Position numbers and translations under genes: made by a program
Virus record (IMG/VR): IMGVR_UViG_3300046703_000201
Span: 1-52,888 of that record
Length of the DNA: 52,888 bases
Strand: one strand, 5' to 3'
Source of the DNA: a virus
Lineage: Duplodnaviria > Caudoviricetes
Notes under the pieces: model-generated
What the model saw: only the letters and a program-made list of their open reading frames with translations
Database searches by the model: none
Told to the model about the DNA's origin: nothing
Part shown: in pieces, positions 26,421-36,328 of the stretch
Position numbering within the stretch: position 1 is the stretch's first letter
How the letters are laid out: each line of letters begins with the position of its first letter

Positions 26421-26724
26421 ACGGTTTTACGGGCAAGACTTCGTGCGCAAATGGGCGGGCACCGATGTGATGGCGGTAAAACAGGAATGGGCCGAAAAGC
26501 TCGGCAAGTTTGACGGTGAAACCTTGCGCCAAGCGGCGGAATATTGCGGTGACAACATCGCCAAACCGCCCAGCCTGCCGGAATTTGTCACCATCTGCAA
26601 AAACATGCGCCCGGCGCCGGTGCATCATGCATTTTTGCCGGAACCGAAATTCGAGAAAACGGAATACGGCATGAAAATGGCGGCTGAACTCAAAAAATTG
26701 CTGGCAAAAAAGGTGGTGTCGTAA
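26371..26724 (+). CDS. Replication protein P-like/helicase-loader-type protein
   Basis: LFQKFERFYG..W..PPSLPEF..C; follows the initiator. Confidence 0.65.
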   Translation: MPVLPLTWINALFQKFERFYGQDFVRKWAGTDVMAVKQEWAEKLGKFDGETLRQAAEYCGDNIAKPPSLPEFVTICKNMRPAPVHHAFLPEPKFEKTEYGMKMAAELKKLLAKKVVS

Positions 26725-27041
26725 TGGCGAAAACAATTGCCCTGATGAAAATTGAACAAAACCGTGAACAATTCGCGCCGGATTTTTACGACTGGATGAA
26801 ACACAATTATCCGCTGTTTTCCCACTTCGAGGACGAAGCCCTGTCCGCGTATATGGTTGGCTTTGGTCGTTATTCTGCCCGCACCATCTGGGAAGTAATG
26901 CGCCACCGCACCAACCTGCGCGAAATCGGGGACGGCACCTGGAAACTCAACGATCACCGCACGCCGGATTTGGCACGGCTGTATCTGCTGCTGCATCCTG
27001 GGCATAAGGGGTTTTTTGAATTGCGCAGGAGGGCGGCATGA
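26724..27041 (+). CDS. Conserved phage hypothetical protein
   Basis: YSARTIWEVMRH, KLND..LARLY, FFELR. Confidence 0.7.
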   Translation: MAKTIALMKIEQNREQFAPDFYDWMKHNYPLFSHFEDEALSAYMVGFGRYSARTIWEVMRHRTNLREIGDGTWKLNDHRTPDLARLYLLLHPGHKGFFELRRRAA

Positions 27042-27250
27042 TAAAACATGATGAAGGCGCTGTGACGGTCAAAAAATTTGACGGGATTGAATTTTCAATC
27101 GGCGGGGTCGTAATTGAACTATCCGATGGTCGTGTGCGCATCTGGAACGGCATAGGCGAAGTCAGCGATACGCCGGATGTCGATTTGCCCATTGAATCGC
27201 TGAAACAGGCATTGAGCACAACTTGGATGCTGGTGAGGAAAGCAGAGTGA
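27038..27250 (+). CDS. Hypothetical protein
   Basis: ATGA overlap. Confidence 0.55.
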   Translation: MIKHDEGAVTVKKFDGIEFSIGGVVIELSDGRVRIWNGIGEVSDTPDVDLPIESLKQALSTTWMLVRKAE

Positions 27251-27451
27251 GATACATCAGCGTTTGTTCCGGTCCAACTCAGGATGATGAATATAAATAC
27301 AGGGAACACAAAGGAAAGCTTGAGGCGAGACGCAAATGAACATTTTTGAACCCATCAAAACCATCGTAACCACGGCCATCGCCGTCTATCTGGCTCTGAT
27401 CGCAATGGCGTATACCTTGCCGCTATTTGATGAACTACTGGGAATCATGCC

Positions 27452-27700
27452 ATGAACGTACTCAATGCTATTGCAACTTTGACAAAATACAACGAATGGC
27501 GGCGTGGCGCGAACATTCCGCAACCGGCACCGGCATCCATAGGCCGCGCGATCGAGTCTGTTTGCGAGGCGGCGGCACGGTATGAGGCGCTGCGTCTGTT
27601 GAATGTTCGTCAATTCGTTGAACTGAAAGAGCGCAATTTGTCCGGCGAGAACTTCGACACGATGGTTGATGAACTGGTTAAGGCGCGGGCGGAAGAATGA
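27452..27700 (+). CDS. Hypothetical protein
   Basis: YNEWRRG motif; coupled to ninB. Confidence 0.6.
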   Translation: MNVLNAIATLTKYNEWRRGANIPQPAPASIGRAIESVCEAAARYEALRLLNVRQFVELKERNLSGENFDTMVDELVKARAEE

Positions 27701-28146
27701 GCGACAAGCGCGTTTTCATCTTCACCCATCCCAACTCGCGCCGCCTGGCTCATGCCCAATGTGATCTGGCGCCGGAGGGCGCGAGGGTGGTGTTTGATTA
27801 CGAGCCGCCCAAAACCAATCCGCAGGAACGTAAGTATCACGCGATGATTAAAGATATTTCGCAACATTGCCTGTTTTTAAATCAGTCATGGGATGCCGAA
27901 GAGTGGAAACGCCTGTTGATCGACGCCTTTGTCCGCGTGATGCGCGAACAAGCCAAGGCGGAAAACAAACCTGACCCGTTTGGCGATCAAGGCCGCGTGG
28001 TGCCGGCACTGGATGGCCAGGGCATTGTGCAGCTCGGCATCCAGTCGCGCAAATTCAGCAAGCCGGTTGCCGCGCAGTTTATCGAGTATCTGTACAGCTA
28101 CGGCGCCGAAAACAATGTCAACTGGTCCGACGAGGTGAACTGGTGA
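27697..28146 (+). CDS. ninB: NinB/YbcN-like recombination protein
   Basis: YHAMIKDISQ, EEWKRLL, VVPALDG.G.V.LG..S, FIEYLYSYGAE. Confidence 0.85.
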   Translation: MSDKRVFIFTHPNSRRLAHAQCDLAPEGARVVFDYEPPKTNPQERKYHAMIKDISQHCLFLNQSWDAEEWKRLLIDAFVRVMREQAKAENKPDPFGDQGRVVPALDGQGIVQLGIQSRKFSKPVAAQFIEYLYSYGAENNVNWSDEVNW

Positions 28147-28445
28147 GCAAAATTACCGAATCCGCAAACGGTGAGGATTGCCAGGTAAGGTTGCCCGGCG
28201 TATGCAGTTTTAATCCCCAGCAAACCGTCTGGGCGCACGCTAACGGGCTTGCCGCCGGCAAGGGCAAGGGTATCAAGTCACCCGACGCGCTGGGCGCGTA
28301 TGCGTGCTATAGCTGCCATATGGTGATCGACGGCCAACTGCCCGCGCCGCCGGATATGACGCGGCAGGATGTGTTGCTGGCGTTTCACGAAGGACACCAG
28401 CGCAGTTTTATCAAGTTGCTGGAAAAAGGTTTGGTGACATGCTGA
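28143..28445 (+). CDS. DUF1364/YbcO-like nuclease-fold protein
   Basis: SANGEDCQVRLPGVC..TVWAH..AYACYSCH..IDG. Confidence 0.85.
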   Translation: MSKITESANGEDCQVRLPGVCSFNPQQTVWAHANGLAAGKGKGIKSPDALGAYACYSCHMVIDGQLPAPPDMTRQDVLLAFHEGHQRSFIKLLEKGLVTC

Positions 28446-28446
28446 C

Positions 28447-28647
28447 ATGCCGTTATGCAAACAGTGCGCGCATCTCAGATTGAAGCAAGAACACCCGAAC
28501 CAGGCATGGTGGGCATTGTGGGTGTGTGACAAGCGAAAATTCTGCTTCGGTCTGGATAGCGACGTAAGCGCGGGCAAGGGCGATAAACAGCGCGGCCTGG
28601 ATGCCATGCCGGACAAATGCAAATCATTTGACAAGAGGTGCGCATGA
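28447..28647 (+). CDS. Small Cys-rich hypothetical protein
   Basis: CKQC..C..C. Confidence 0.5.
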   Translation: MPLCKQCAHLRLKQEHPNQAWWALWVCDKRKFCFGLDSDVSAGKGDKQRGLDAMPDKCKSFDKRCA

Positions 28648-29105
28648 TATTGGCGATTGATCCGGGCAATACGCAAAGTGGCTGGTGTTTGTTCGGCGGT
28701 AAAAGCGTGCTGGATTCCGGTGTTTTGGATAATCACGCCATGCTCGAATTGATTTACCAGTATCGGAATTATGACTTGGCAATTGAGATGATTGCGAGCT
28801 ATGGCATGGCAGTAGGCCGGGAAGTATTCGAGACCTGCGTATGGATCGGGCGTTTTCAACAGTGGCATAACAGGCCGGATGCGGTGCGGCTGGTGTATCG
28901 CAAAGATGTAAAACTGCACCTGTGCGGCAATACCAAGGCCAAGGATACCAACATTCGACAAGCAATTATTGATCTTTTCCCGCCCAAAGGAGACGGGAAA
29001 ATCCCGCAGATAGGCACCAAGAAACAACCCGGACCGCTGTATGGCATCAGTAGTCATGCCTGGGCGGCTTTGGCCGTGGCGTTGACAGTAAGCGACATCA
29101 ACTAA
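28638..29105 (+). CDS. RuvC-like Holliday junction resolvase
   Basis: ILAIDPG, AIEM, VKLHLCG..AKD, HAWAALAVA. Confidence 0.8.
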   Translation: MRMILAIDPGNTQSGWCLFGGKSVLDSGVLDNHAMLELIYQYRNYDLAIEMIASYGMAVGREVFETCVWIGRFQQWHNRPDAVRLVYRKDVKLHLCGNTKAKDTNIRQAIIDLFPPKGDGKIPQIGTKKQPGPLYGISSHAWAALAVALTVSDIN

Positions 29106-29116
29106 CAGGGGGCTAT

Positions 29117-29614
29117 ATGGGATTCGAGCGATTGATTAAATCTGTTGAAGCGCATTCGCTAGGCTGGAAATCAACCGAAGAATGCGCGGTGGATCGGGTA
29201 ACGGCTATCGGCCTAGCCGCCGGCGGGAACGAAACCGGCGAAGCCATGCTGCGGGTAAACGCGCTCGATGCCAGCGCCTTGCGCAAAGTCATTTACCTGG
29301 TCGCGCGCCGGCTGAACCAGCGCCTGAACATCACGCGCGGATATGGTGAACGACTAGCAATCGCCGCCCTGCATGAATATTTGCGCCCCCACTGCTATTA
29401 TTGCGGCGGCAAAGGCCAGCATTTCCAGAAAAACACGGCAGTCCGCGCCTGCCCCTATTGCCAGGGCAGTGGCCTGCATCGCTATTCGGACACCGACCGC
29501 GCCATGCTGATCGGTGCATCGTACAATCAGCGCGCCTATGAAGAAGCCTTGGCTTATTTGCGCGATTCAGTCCGGACATTGGTAATTAATGCGGATCGGC
29601 GGCTTGATGCCTGA
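29117..29614 (+). CDS. Q-like late antiterminator candidate
   Basis: CYYCGGKG..CPYCQGSG zinc finger; last gene of the rightward early operon. Confidence 0.6.
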   Translation: MGFERLIKSVEAHSLGWKSTEECAVDRVTAIGLAAGGNETGEAMLRVNALDASALRKVIYLVARRLNQRLNITRGYGERLAIAALHEYLRPHCYYCGGKGQHFQKNTAVRACPYCQGSGLHRYSDTDRAMLIGASYNQRAYEEALAYLRDSVRTLVINADRRLDA

Positions 29615-29712
29615 AAGAATTATCCCAGCATCTTGCAGATGTGCCGATAATAAATGCCGGTTAGCTGTCCCCGGCATTACAACCCAATAACCCACGCCGG
29701 AGGGTTAATCTG

Positions 29713-29967
29713 CTAATCCGGCACCATCGAATTACGCTTTTTCTTGCCTTTCAATTTTGCCGCCTTGATCTGGAACAGTTCCCAAAACGCCGGATGCATC
29801 GAACTGTTTCGCGTCCGGTCTTTGACATCGTAATGCTCCCACTTGACCCATGTCATCATATGGCAAAACAACAAACCCGCCGCTTCAGTCTGGCTTAACC
29901 CAGCCTCAAGCCGGGCTTCCCTGATCTGTTCCGGGGTGGGCGAGATACTCTTGCTCGGCTTTGGCAT
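29713..29967 (-). CDS. XRE-type HTH protein
   Basis: PEQIREARLEAGLSQTEAA..WVKWE..MHPAFWELF. Confidence 0.8.
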   Translation of the reverse strand: MPKPSKSISPTPEQIREARLEAGLSQTEAAGLLFCHMMTWVKWEHYDVKDRTRNSSMHPAFWELFQIKAAKLKGKKKRNSMVPD

Positions 29968-29976
29968 ATTTTCCTT

Positions 29977-30174
29977 TCAATAAACTTCGATGCTTGACGG
30001 ACAAGTTCCACGGAACGCGCGCCAAAAATAATTGCCCGCATATTGATATTGGCAATTCCATACCGTTTGATAGGTGACGGATTGCGCCATAATCATTTGC
30101 CCAGTCCACATTGCCGTTGCGGCTTGGACGTTGAATGATACGGCCAGTAGGCCGATTAAAAACAATTTTTTCAT
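29977..30174 (-). CDS. Small secreted protein
   Basis: Signal peptide MKKLFLIGLLAVSFNVQA; two Cys. Confidence 0.7.
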   Translation of the reverse strand: MKKLFLIGLLAVSFNVQAATAMWTGQMIMAQSVTYQTVWNCQYQYAGNYFWRAFRGTCPSSIEVY

Positions 30175-30468
30175 GATAATTCCCTTAAATTTAAAAATCG
30201 CCTAGACGCATCCAGGCATAAAGTACCGCAATGCCAAACGCGAACCAAAAACCGATAGTCGCAAGTCCGTAAACAATGCCGCCCAAAATAAGCAGCGTAA
30301 CAGTCCAGTCAATAAAATCCTGCATAATAATTTCCTTTAAAAATACTTGACACATTTGATGCTTTTATGATTAAATCGCACCAGCTAATTAGGTTCTGCC
30401 GCATGGTGGAACACATAACGATAAGGCGCCCGCGAACAGTAGGGCGTCTTTTTGCTTTAAAAACTCCG

Positions 30469-30693
30469 TCATGGCGGTTTAACCAATTTCATTTGCTCAA
30501 TAATCATGTTCGCCAGCTTCCAAACCGGCGCCGGCATGATCGTGCCATTTTCCCAAGCAAGCCAGGATTTACGGCTAACGCTGCATAAGTCAGCCATAAC
30601 CGCAACCGATAATCCCGCACCTTCGCGTAATGCGCGGATCGCTTCAGGCGCGGGCGGGGTGTGCTTGCGCGGGAATTGCGGGCGGGTTTTCAT
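30469..30693 (-). CDS. XRE-type HTH protein
   Basis: AIRALREGAGLS..WLAWENG. Confidence 0.75.
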   Translation of the reverse strand: MKTRPQFPRKHTPPAPEAIRALREGAGLSVAVMADLCSVSRKSWLAWENGTIMPAPVWKLANMIIEQMKLVKPP

Positions 30694-30995
30694 TGCTCAA
30701 GGCCTTTCGCTTTCCTGATCGCTTTAAGCGCGCCGGCGTGAGCATTGAGAAGAGAAAAGTCTTTCCTTACGTTTAACTTACTTAATTCAATGTTTTCGCA
30801 AAAATAAATCAGTGATTCGAGCAATTCAGGCGCGGCGGCAATCAGGCGGGCATTAGCATCTTGCACAACTGCATATTGTTCGCCGTTGTGCTGTATCTGC
30901 ATCAGCCAATTGGCTTGACTGTCGGCAATCGTAAAATAGTTAGATTCGCCACTGTTTTTTACTACCCAAGGCCCCGGTGTGTGTTTAGTGTTCAT
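30690..30995 (-). CDS. Conserved phage hypothetical protein
   Basis: KHTPGPW and ANARLIAAAPELL motifs. Confidence 0.8.
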   Translation of the reverse strand: MNTKHTPGPWVVKNSGESNYFTIADSQANWLMQIQHNGEQYAVVQDANARLIAAAPELLESLIYFCENIELSKLNVRKDFSLLNAHAGALKAIRKAKGLEQ

Positions 30996-30998
30996 GCT

Positions 30999-31193
30999 CT
31001 AACCCCTCTCAAGTGTTGTTTCAATAAGTTGCAATTGCCGGTAGATTTCCGCAGCCTTGCCGATTTCAGGCAATACCAGCAAATGAAACATTGGATTAGG
31101 GTCAGTATTCAGTAAACGCAGATTATCCAGCAATACACCGGCAATCCGGACAGTTTCGGCAAGTTGGGCTTGCGTATCCTTTTGATTGCTCAT
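30999..31193 (-). CDS. Hypothetical protein
   Basis: ATGA overlap within the operon. Confidence 0.55.
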   Translation of the reverse strand: MSNQKDTQAQLAETVRIAGVLLDNLRLLNTDPNPMFHLLVLPEIGKAAEIYRQLQLIETTLERG

Positions 31194-31477
31194 GCTCTAA
31201 CCCCTTTCAATTCATTAAATTCTGCAACCGTCATATAGCGCGCTTCAAACCCACCGCCCTGAATGTGCTTGAAACAAGCATAGACCGCGCGGCCTTCGCT
31301 GTTGTGGTGATCGGCTTCGCCTGCCAGGAAACAGCCATTGCCCATTGCGCGCGGCGGCAAGCAATTGAGCATATCGTCATACATCGCTTCAGTGGTCAAT
31401 ACCCACGGGTGCGGCTCGGGCCGCATCGCAGCCCAAAGCGCGGCCCATTCGAGGGGTGTTTCTGTTGTGGTGTTCAT
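31190..31477 (-). CDS. Hypothetical protein
   Basis: YDDMLNCLPP..FLAGE motif. Confidence 0.65.
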   Translation of the reverse strand: MNTTTETPLEWAALWAAMRPEPHPWVLTTEAMYDDMLNCLPPRAMGNGCFLAGEADHHNSEGRAVYACFKHIQGGGFEARYMTVAEFNELKGVRA

Positions 31478-31677
31478 GGCTGCACTTCGGCAATGGAAAC
31501 GAGCTGATAAATCTGTTCTATTTGCGCAGCGATAGCCAAACCTTCAGCATGGTTCGCGTCATCGGCTAGACCTTGCCACATAACGACATGCTTTGATTCT
31601 AATTGAAGAACAACGGCAAAATGTTTCATGTTCAATATTCCTTTTGTTAATGCCCAGCTTGCGCTGGGCTTTGTTAA

Positions 31678-32529
31678 TTAAGCGGCCAGCTTCCGCATTT
31701 CTTCCGCCAGAATCCAAAGGCTGCGATTAAGCTGGACATTCTGGTCAATCCCCTTAACTTCGCGTGTGGAAGTGCGGCGAATCCGCCCGTTTTCATCCAG
31801 CTTGCGGCCATGCAAACCGCCCTTGATGACGTTTTCCTGAACGCGATTAAACGTAGTCCACAAATCGGCTGGCTTGTCTTCAGTCCGGCGCACGCGCAAC
31901 AATTGCGCGGCTTGGATACCTGAGTTTTCCGGATCGTCAAACCGCAATGCGAGTGCCGCAGTGGCAAAGGCTTGCTGATAGTCCGGATTTAAAGAAATCG
32001 CCTTCATGCCTTCGATACGCTCAGACACTTGGTCAAATTCTTTAACCACTGAGTAAGCACCCTCGATTACCTTGTCGAGTGCATCGCCGGAATGCCTAAC
32101 CCTGACTTCCTGGTCAAAATTACCAACTACCAAGCCGTTAGAGCAAACCAAGCGAAAAATGCCGGCCATAAGCTTGAAACCGCTTGAGCCGTCATGCGAA
32201 TTTAACAGCACTACTTCGCGCGCCTCTTCGGATGACAATTGATCCTGACGGCGGAACCGGATCAAGTGCTTGCCGAATCCTTTTTTATCTTCAGTGCGCA
32301 CATTCGCCTGAGTAACCTTGACCGGCAAAAAACCTTCTGCACGCATTCCCTGCACCAAGTCAAGGGTAGGAATGTAAGTGTAACGCTCCGACCGGCTTTC
32401 ATGCGCGGATGGTGCAAAAATCGCTGGAGCCATGCGGACAAGTTCAGCGTCATCCAATGGGCGCGAATAGCCAAGGCCAGCGCGTTGAATGTGGTGGGCG
32501 GATGGTGCAAATGTTGAAATGATGTTCAT
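31678..32529 (-). CDS. DUF932/DUF945 family protein
   Basis: HESRSERYTYIPT, LLNSHDGSS, FRLVCSNGL, LWTTFNRVQEN. Confidence 0.9.
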   Translation of the reverse strand: MNIISTFAPSAHHIQRAGLGYSRPLDDAELVRMAPAIFAPSAHESRSERYTYIPTLDLVQGMRAEGFLPVKVTQANVRTEDKKGFGKHLIRFRRQDQLSSEEAREVVLLNSHDGSSGFKLMAGIFRLVCSNGLVVGNFDQEVRVRHSGDALDKVIEGAYSVVKEFDQVSERIEGMKAISLNPDYQQAFATAALALRFDDPENSGIQAAQLLRVRRTEDKPADLWTTFNRVQENVIKGGLHGRKLDENGRIRRTSTREVKGIDQNVQLNRSLWILAEEMRKLAA

Positions 32530-32657
32530 TTTTAAAACTCCTTGAATCCAGGCTACTCGCTGCCTGGTAAGCGGTATCGGCTATCCGATGTAGTGCATCA
32601 TACTTACATATCGTATAACTTAACAATAAGTTATATCAATACTCGAAAGGTTCTATC

Positions 32658-32888
32658 ATGAGATACCCAAAAGGAGCGCCTACTCACGGAAAAATGGGAT
32701 GCTGTCCGAATGACTGGAACAGAACGCCGGAAATAAGCGGCCTATACACTTTAGACGAAGTGATCCGCCGTAACCCTAACAAGAATATCCCGGATCGGCT
32801 AAAGCTTTATTGTGATCTAGGCCGTGAAAACGCATACGGCGGATTGACTGGGTATGACGGCTATCATGGATACCACGGCGACAACTGA
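32658..32888 (+). CDS. Hypothetical protein
   Basis: AAGG RBS, 76 aa. Confidence 0.45.
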   Translation: MRYPKGAPTHGKMGCCPNDWNRTPEISGLYTLDEVIRRNPNKNIPDRLKLYCDLGRENAYGGLTGYDGYHGYHGDN

Positions 32889-33321
32889 TCGCAAACAAGC
32901 GCATTACATCACTGGCGAAGCAGTGCCAGACTTTCGCAACCCACAAAAGGACACAATCATGACAATCATGACAAGCATGGCAAAGAGCAAAAAACCTGTA
33001 CCTTATGGCGATGTGCCCGCAGGCAAGGGACCAATGGGTAAAGGCAAGGGAAAAGGGAAGGGCGGCAAGTGTTAAGCCGTATTCTGTGCGGTCGTTTAAA
33101 CTTGGCTCCAACCCTCACCTACGTATAATCCTAAAACCTTGCAAAGATTTTTAAGATCATCATGTGCCTCGTTTGAGGTGCGACATGCGACCATAAAACG
33201 TTCGCGGCGCATTTCTTGAGTTACCACTTTAGGTGGCAGACCAAAAACTTCCGAAAAGTCTTCATCGTCCATTTCAGGGGTAAGAAATTTTTCGTTATTT
33301 TTGCTGATGCGATCCAGTTCG

Positions 33322-33648
33322 TTATAGAGAGCATCCATGTCGGCTTGTGTTACGGCATAGCTTGGTGATCCCATTGCGGGAATACCTAGTACACGATTTG
33401 CTGTAGCTAATAAATGACCGTTTTTTGTCCGGCATTGCGCCATTGTAATCGCGCCCACCAAAGTTTTGAATGAGTGCATCCAATAATGCGCCATCACAAA
33501 AACCGCCGTATTCATTCGCGTCAACATAGTCATGCAGTTGGCTAACACTGGATACTGAAGCATTGACTTTGCCGGATCGAACGTCAGCCAATACTTCGCT
33601 TTGCATTCTGGCGATAGTATGCTCAAGGGTAGGAATAGGGTTATTCAT
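33322..33648 (-). CDS. Hypothetical protein
   Basis: GGAG RBS before MNNPIP; LHDYVDANEYGG motif. Confidence 0.55.
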   Translation of the reverse strand: MNNPIPTLEHTIARMQSEVLADVRSGKVNASVSSVSQLHDYVDANEYGGFCDGALLDALIQNFGGRDYNGAMPDKKRSFISYSKSCTRYSRNGITKLCRNTSRHGCSL

Positions 33649-33955
33649 TTTTACAACTCCTTTCAAAATTCAAAAGTAATCATGCCTTCGTCTTCTGTCG
33701 AAGTCTTGGCAACATCAACATAACCACATGAGTGTTGAACTCTTTGACTATTTTTTCCTGTTCGCCACATACATCCTCTACAACGTAATACATGATAAGA
33801 CTCCTTAAAGTTAATTGCTATAGTCGCAATATTATATATCGTATAAAGTTAAGTCAATCTGTATTTTGAGATATTTTTAACTATTTTTGACCATTTAAAA
33901 ACTTGTCTAATAAAAACAGTTAGTTAAGCATAAACAAATAATTGGGATTTTAATC

Positions 33956-34309
33956 ATGGCTGAGAATGTGCAACCAACGAAGAGAGGGCGCGGACGGCCA
34001 AAAGGTCAGGGTAAAACAATACGGGCACGGACTATGGCACTGGCACAAGCTGAAGTGAAGCCGCTTGATGTCCTGCTTCAGACAATGGCGAAGCGGTGGA
34101 AGGATTCACAGTCTGCACTTGATCCAGATGAGCGCGCAAAGCTTGAACAAGAAGCCTGTGCTGTGGCTGAAAAGGTTGCGCCATATCTTCATCCCAAGTT
34201 GCAAGCCACTACCATCAAGGGTGATGCAGACGCGCCTTTATTTTCTATCAGCCTGCCTGCGTCTGATGCACTGCGCGCGATGGTGCGCGGTATCAAGGAT
34301 AAAGGCTAG
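33956..34309 (+). CDS. Terminase small subunit
   Basis: GRPKG N-terminus, PLDVLL..M, A..VAPYLHPKLQA; upstream of TerL. Confidence 0.75.
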   Translation: MAENVQPTKRGRGRPKGQGKTIRARTMALAQAEVKPLDVLLQTMAKRWKDSQSALDPDERAKLEQEACAVAEKVAPYLHPKLQATTIKGDADAPLFSISLPASDALRAMVRGIKDKG

Positions 34310-34388
34310 TTTGTGCCGTTATCTGTGCCAATGCGTTCTAACATATTGATTGCATTAGATACACTACAGGTTATTACCCTGTAACCCT

Positions 34389-36239
34389 ATGTCAAAGCCT
34401 GTAATCACAAAGGCAAAACCGATAGAGCAAGGCAATACAACAGCGCACGATCCAGCACAGCCATGCGCAGCAGACGCACCACGCAAGCGCGGCAGACCAC
34501 AGCAACCAGGCAGCGCGAAAAAAAGTAAGGTTCCATCCAGCCCGGCGAAAACGGAAACGGTAGAGAAAAAAAATAAAAATGCCATTCCCCCCTCTCCAGT
34601 ATCGCCGCAAAAATTTTTAGACGGTCGTGCAGTTAGCACGAATTATTCGGCTTATCTCGCCAAATTCCAGTCCAATCTCGACGTACCGTTCCGCGACATC
34701 TTCGCGTGGTGGGAGATGAAGACGGAGAATTACAAGAACGTGACGGCGGTACGGGCGTTGTGTTTGTGGGACAGGTACTTTCTTCTCGTCCAAATCTTCG
34801 GGCGGCAGGACATGCTGCATCCGTGGTTGTACGAGCGGTGCCGGGAAGTCGAAAGAGAGCCGGATAATTGCCTCGACCTATGGAGTCGTTTCCACTACAA
34901 GAGTACGATCATCACTTATGGCGGTGTGATACAGGAAATTCTGAGAGAGCCGGAAGTGACGGTGGGGATTTTCTCCCACGTCAAGCCGATTGCGAAAGGG
35001 TTTTTGGCGCAGATCAAGCGCGAACTTGAGTCGAATGTGCAGTTGAAGGGATTATTCCCCGATATTCTTTACGACAATCCGGAGCGTCAATCCCCGTCGT
35101 GGTCGATAGATAACGGGCTGATCGTAAAACGGCGGTCTAACCCGAAAGAGCCAACGGTCTCTGCCTGGGGTTTGGTGGACGGACAGCCGGTTTCGGCCCA
35201 CTTCAAGTTGCGGGTTTACGACGACGTGGTGACGCAAGCCTCGGTCTCCACGCCGGAACAGGTCTCGAAGACCACGGAAGCGTTTGACGTATCCGCGAAC
35301 CTTGGGACTGAGAACGGACGCAAATGGATGGTGGGGACGCGGTGGTCGTATGCCGACACTTACGCCGAACTCATCAAGCGGCAGATTTGCAAGGTAAGGC
35401 TGTACCCATCGACGGACGACGGGACGTTTACCGGGAAACCTGTGCTGTGGGGGGAAGCCTTCAACGAACAGATGAAGCTGGAACAGGGCGAGGCGACCTA
35501 CGCCGTCCAGTGCCTTCAGAACCCCCTGGCCGGCTCCCAGAAGATGTTCGATGTGTCTGACCTTCAGACGTATGAGGTGAGGCCGGATACGCTGGCGGTT
35601 TACATCCTGATCGACCCGGCACGGTCGAAGAAGACCGAGTCGGACAATACCGCGATGGTAGTGATCGGTTTGGACTATGCCTCGAACAAGTATTTGCTGG
35701 ATGGGTTTAATCACAAGATGGACTTGCAGGAACGGTGGCAGCGCACGTCGCAGTTGTACCAGCGATGGAGACGGGCGGCGGGGGTGCAGGCGATTTATGT
35801 CGGGTACGAGTCATTCGCAGCACAGGCTGACCTGGATTACTTCAAGGAACAGCAGAACCTGCAAAAACTCTTCTTCCCGATTGTGGAACTTTCGTGGCCG
35901 CGCGAAGGTGGCGGGTCGAAGATAGACCGGGTGCAACGGCTGGGACCGGACATGCGGTCGCACAAGATATTCCTGCCCTATCCGACCGACGACAAGAACC
36001 TCACGGCGAACCAGCGCAAGATGATTCAAGGGTATGAGTATCGTATTGCACGGCAAATCAAGCGCAAGGACTCGAACGACGAAGCGTATGACCTGACCGA
36101 GCAGTTGAAGACGCAGATTTTCTACTTCCCTTTCGGGGGCAAGAAAGATTTGGTGGATGCGCTGTCCCGAATCTACGACATGGAACCCAGGCCGCCGACT
36201 TATCGGGAGCAAAGGTATTCCGAACCGGAGTTTGTTTAG
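34389..36239 (+). CDS. Terminase large subunit (start uncertain)
   Basis: Variant Walker A SRFHYKST, Walker B RVYDD, GTRW, nuclease ILIDPA..D..DLVDAL. Confidence 0.88.
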   Translation: MSKPVITKAKPIEQGNTTAHDPAQPCAADAPRKRGRPQQPGSAKKSKVPSSPAKTETVEKKNKNAIPPSPVSPQKFLDGRAVSTNYSAYLAKFQSNLDVPFRDIFAWWEMKTENYKNVTAVRALCLWDRYFLLVQIFGRQDMLHPWLYERCREVEREPDNCLDLWSRFHYKSTIITYGGVIQEILREPEVTVGIFSHVKPIAKGFLAQIKRELESNVQLKGLFPDILYDNPERQSPSWSIDNGLIVKRRSNPKEPTVSAWGLVDGQPVSAHFKLRVYDDVVTQASVSTPEQVSKTTEAFDVSANLGTENGRKWMVGTRWSYADTYAELIKRQICKVRLYPSTDDGTFTGKPVLWGEAFNEQMKLEQGEATYAVQCLQNPLAGSQKMFDVSDLQTYEVRPDTLAVYILIDPARSKKTESDNTAMVVIGLDYASNKYLLDGFNHKMDLQERWQRTSQLYQRWRRAAGVQAIYVGYESFAAQADLDYFKEQQNLQKLFFPIVELSWPREGGGSKIDRVQRLGPDMRSHKIFLPYPTDDKNLTANQRKMIQGYEYRIARQIKRKDSNDEAYDLTEQLKTQIFYFPFGGKKDLVDALSRIYDMEPRPPTYREQRYSEPEFV

Positions 36240-36315
36240 GTGAGTGTAGCTCAGAGGTAGAGCAGAGTCCCTTATAAGGCTTTGGTCAATGGTTCGAATC
36301 CATTTGCTCACACCA
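36240..36315 (+). tRNA. tRNA-Ile(TAT)-like gene with an 8-nt anticodon loop
   Basis: Acceptor GTGAGTG/TGCTCAC-A-CCA, D arm GCTC/GAGC, T arm AATGG-TTCGAAT-CCATT, anticodon arm GAGTC-CCTTATAA-GGCTT. Confidence 0.8.
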
Positions 36316-36328
36316 AACAGGAATTCGT

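Noticed and set aside
36270-36277. Ochre suppressor tRNA (TTA)
   Set aside because: The U33 and purine-37 register places the anticodon at TAT
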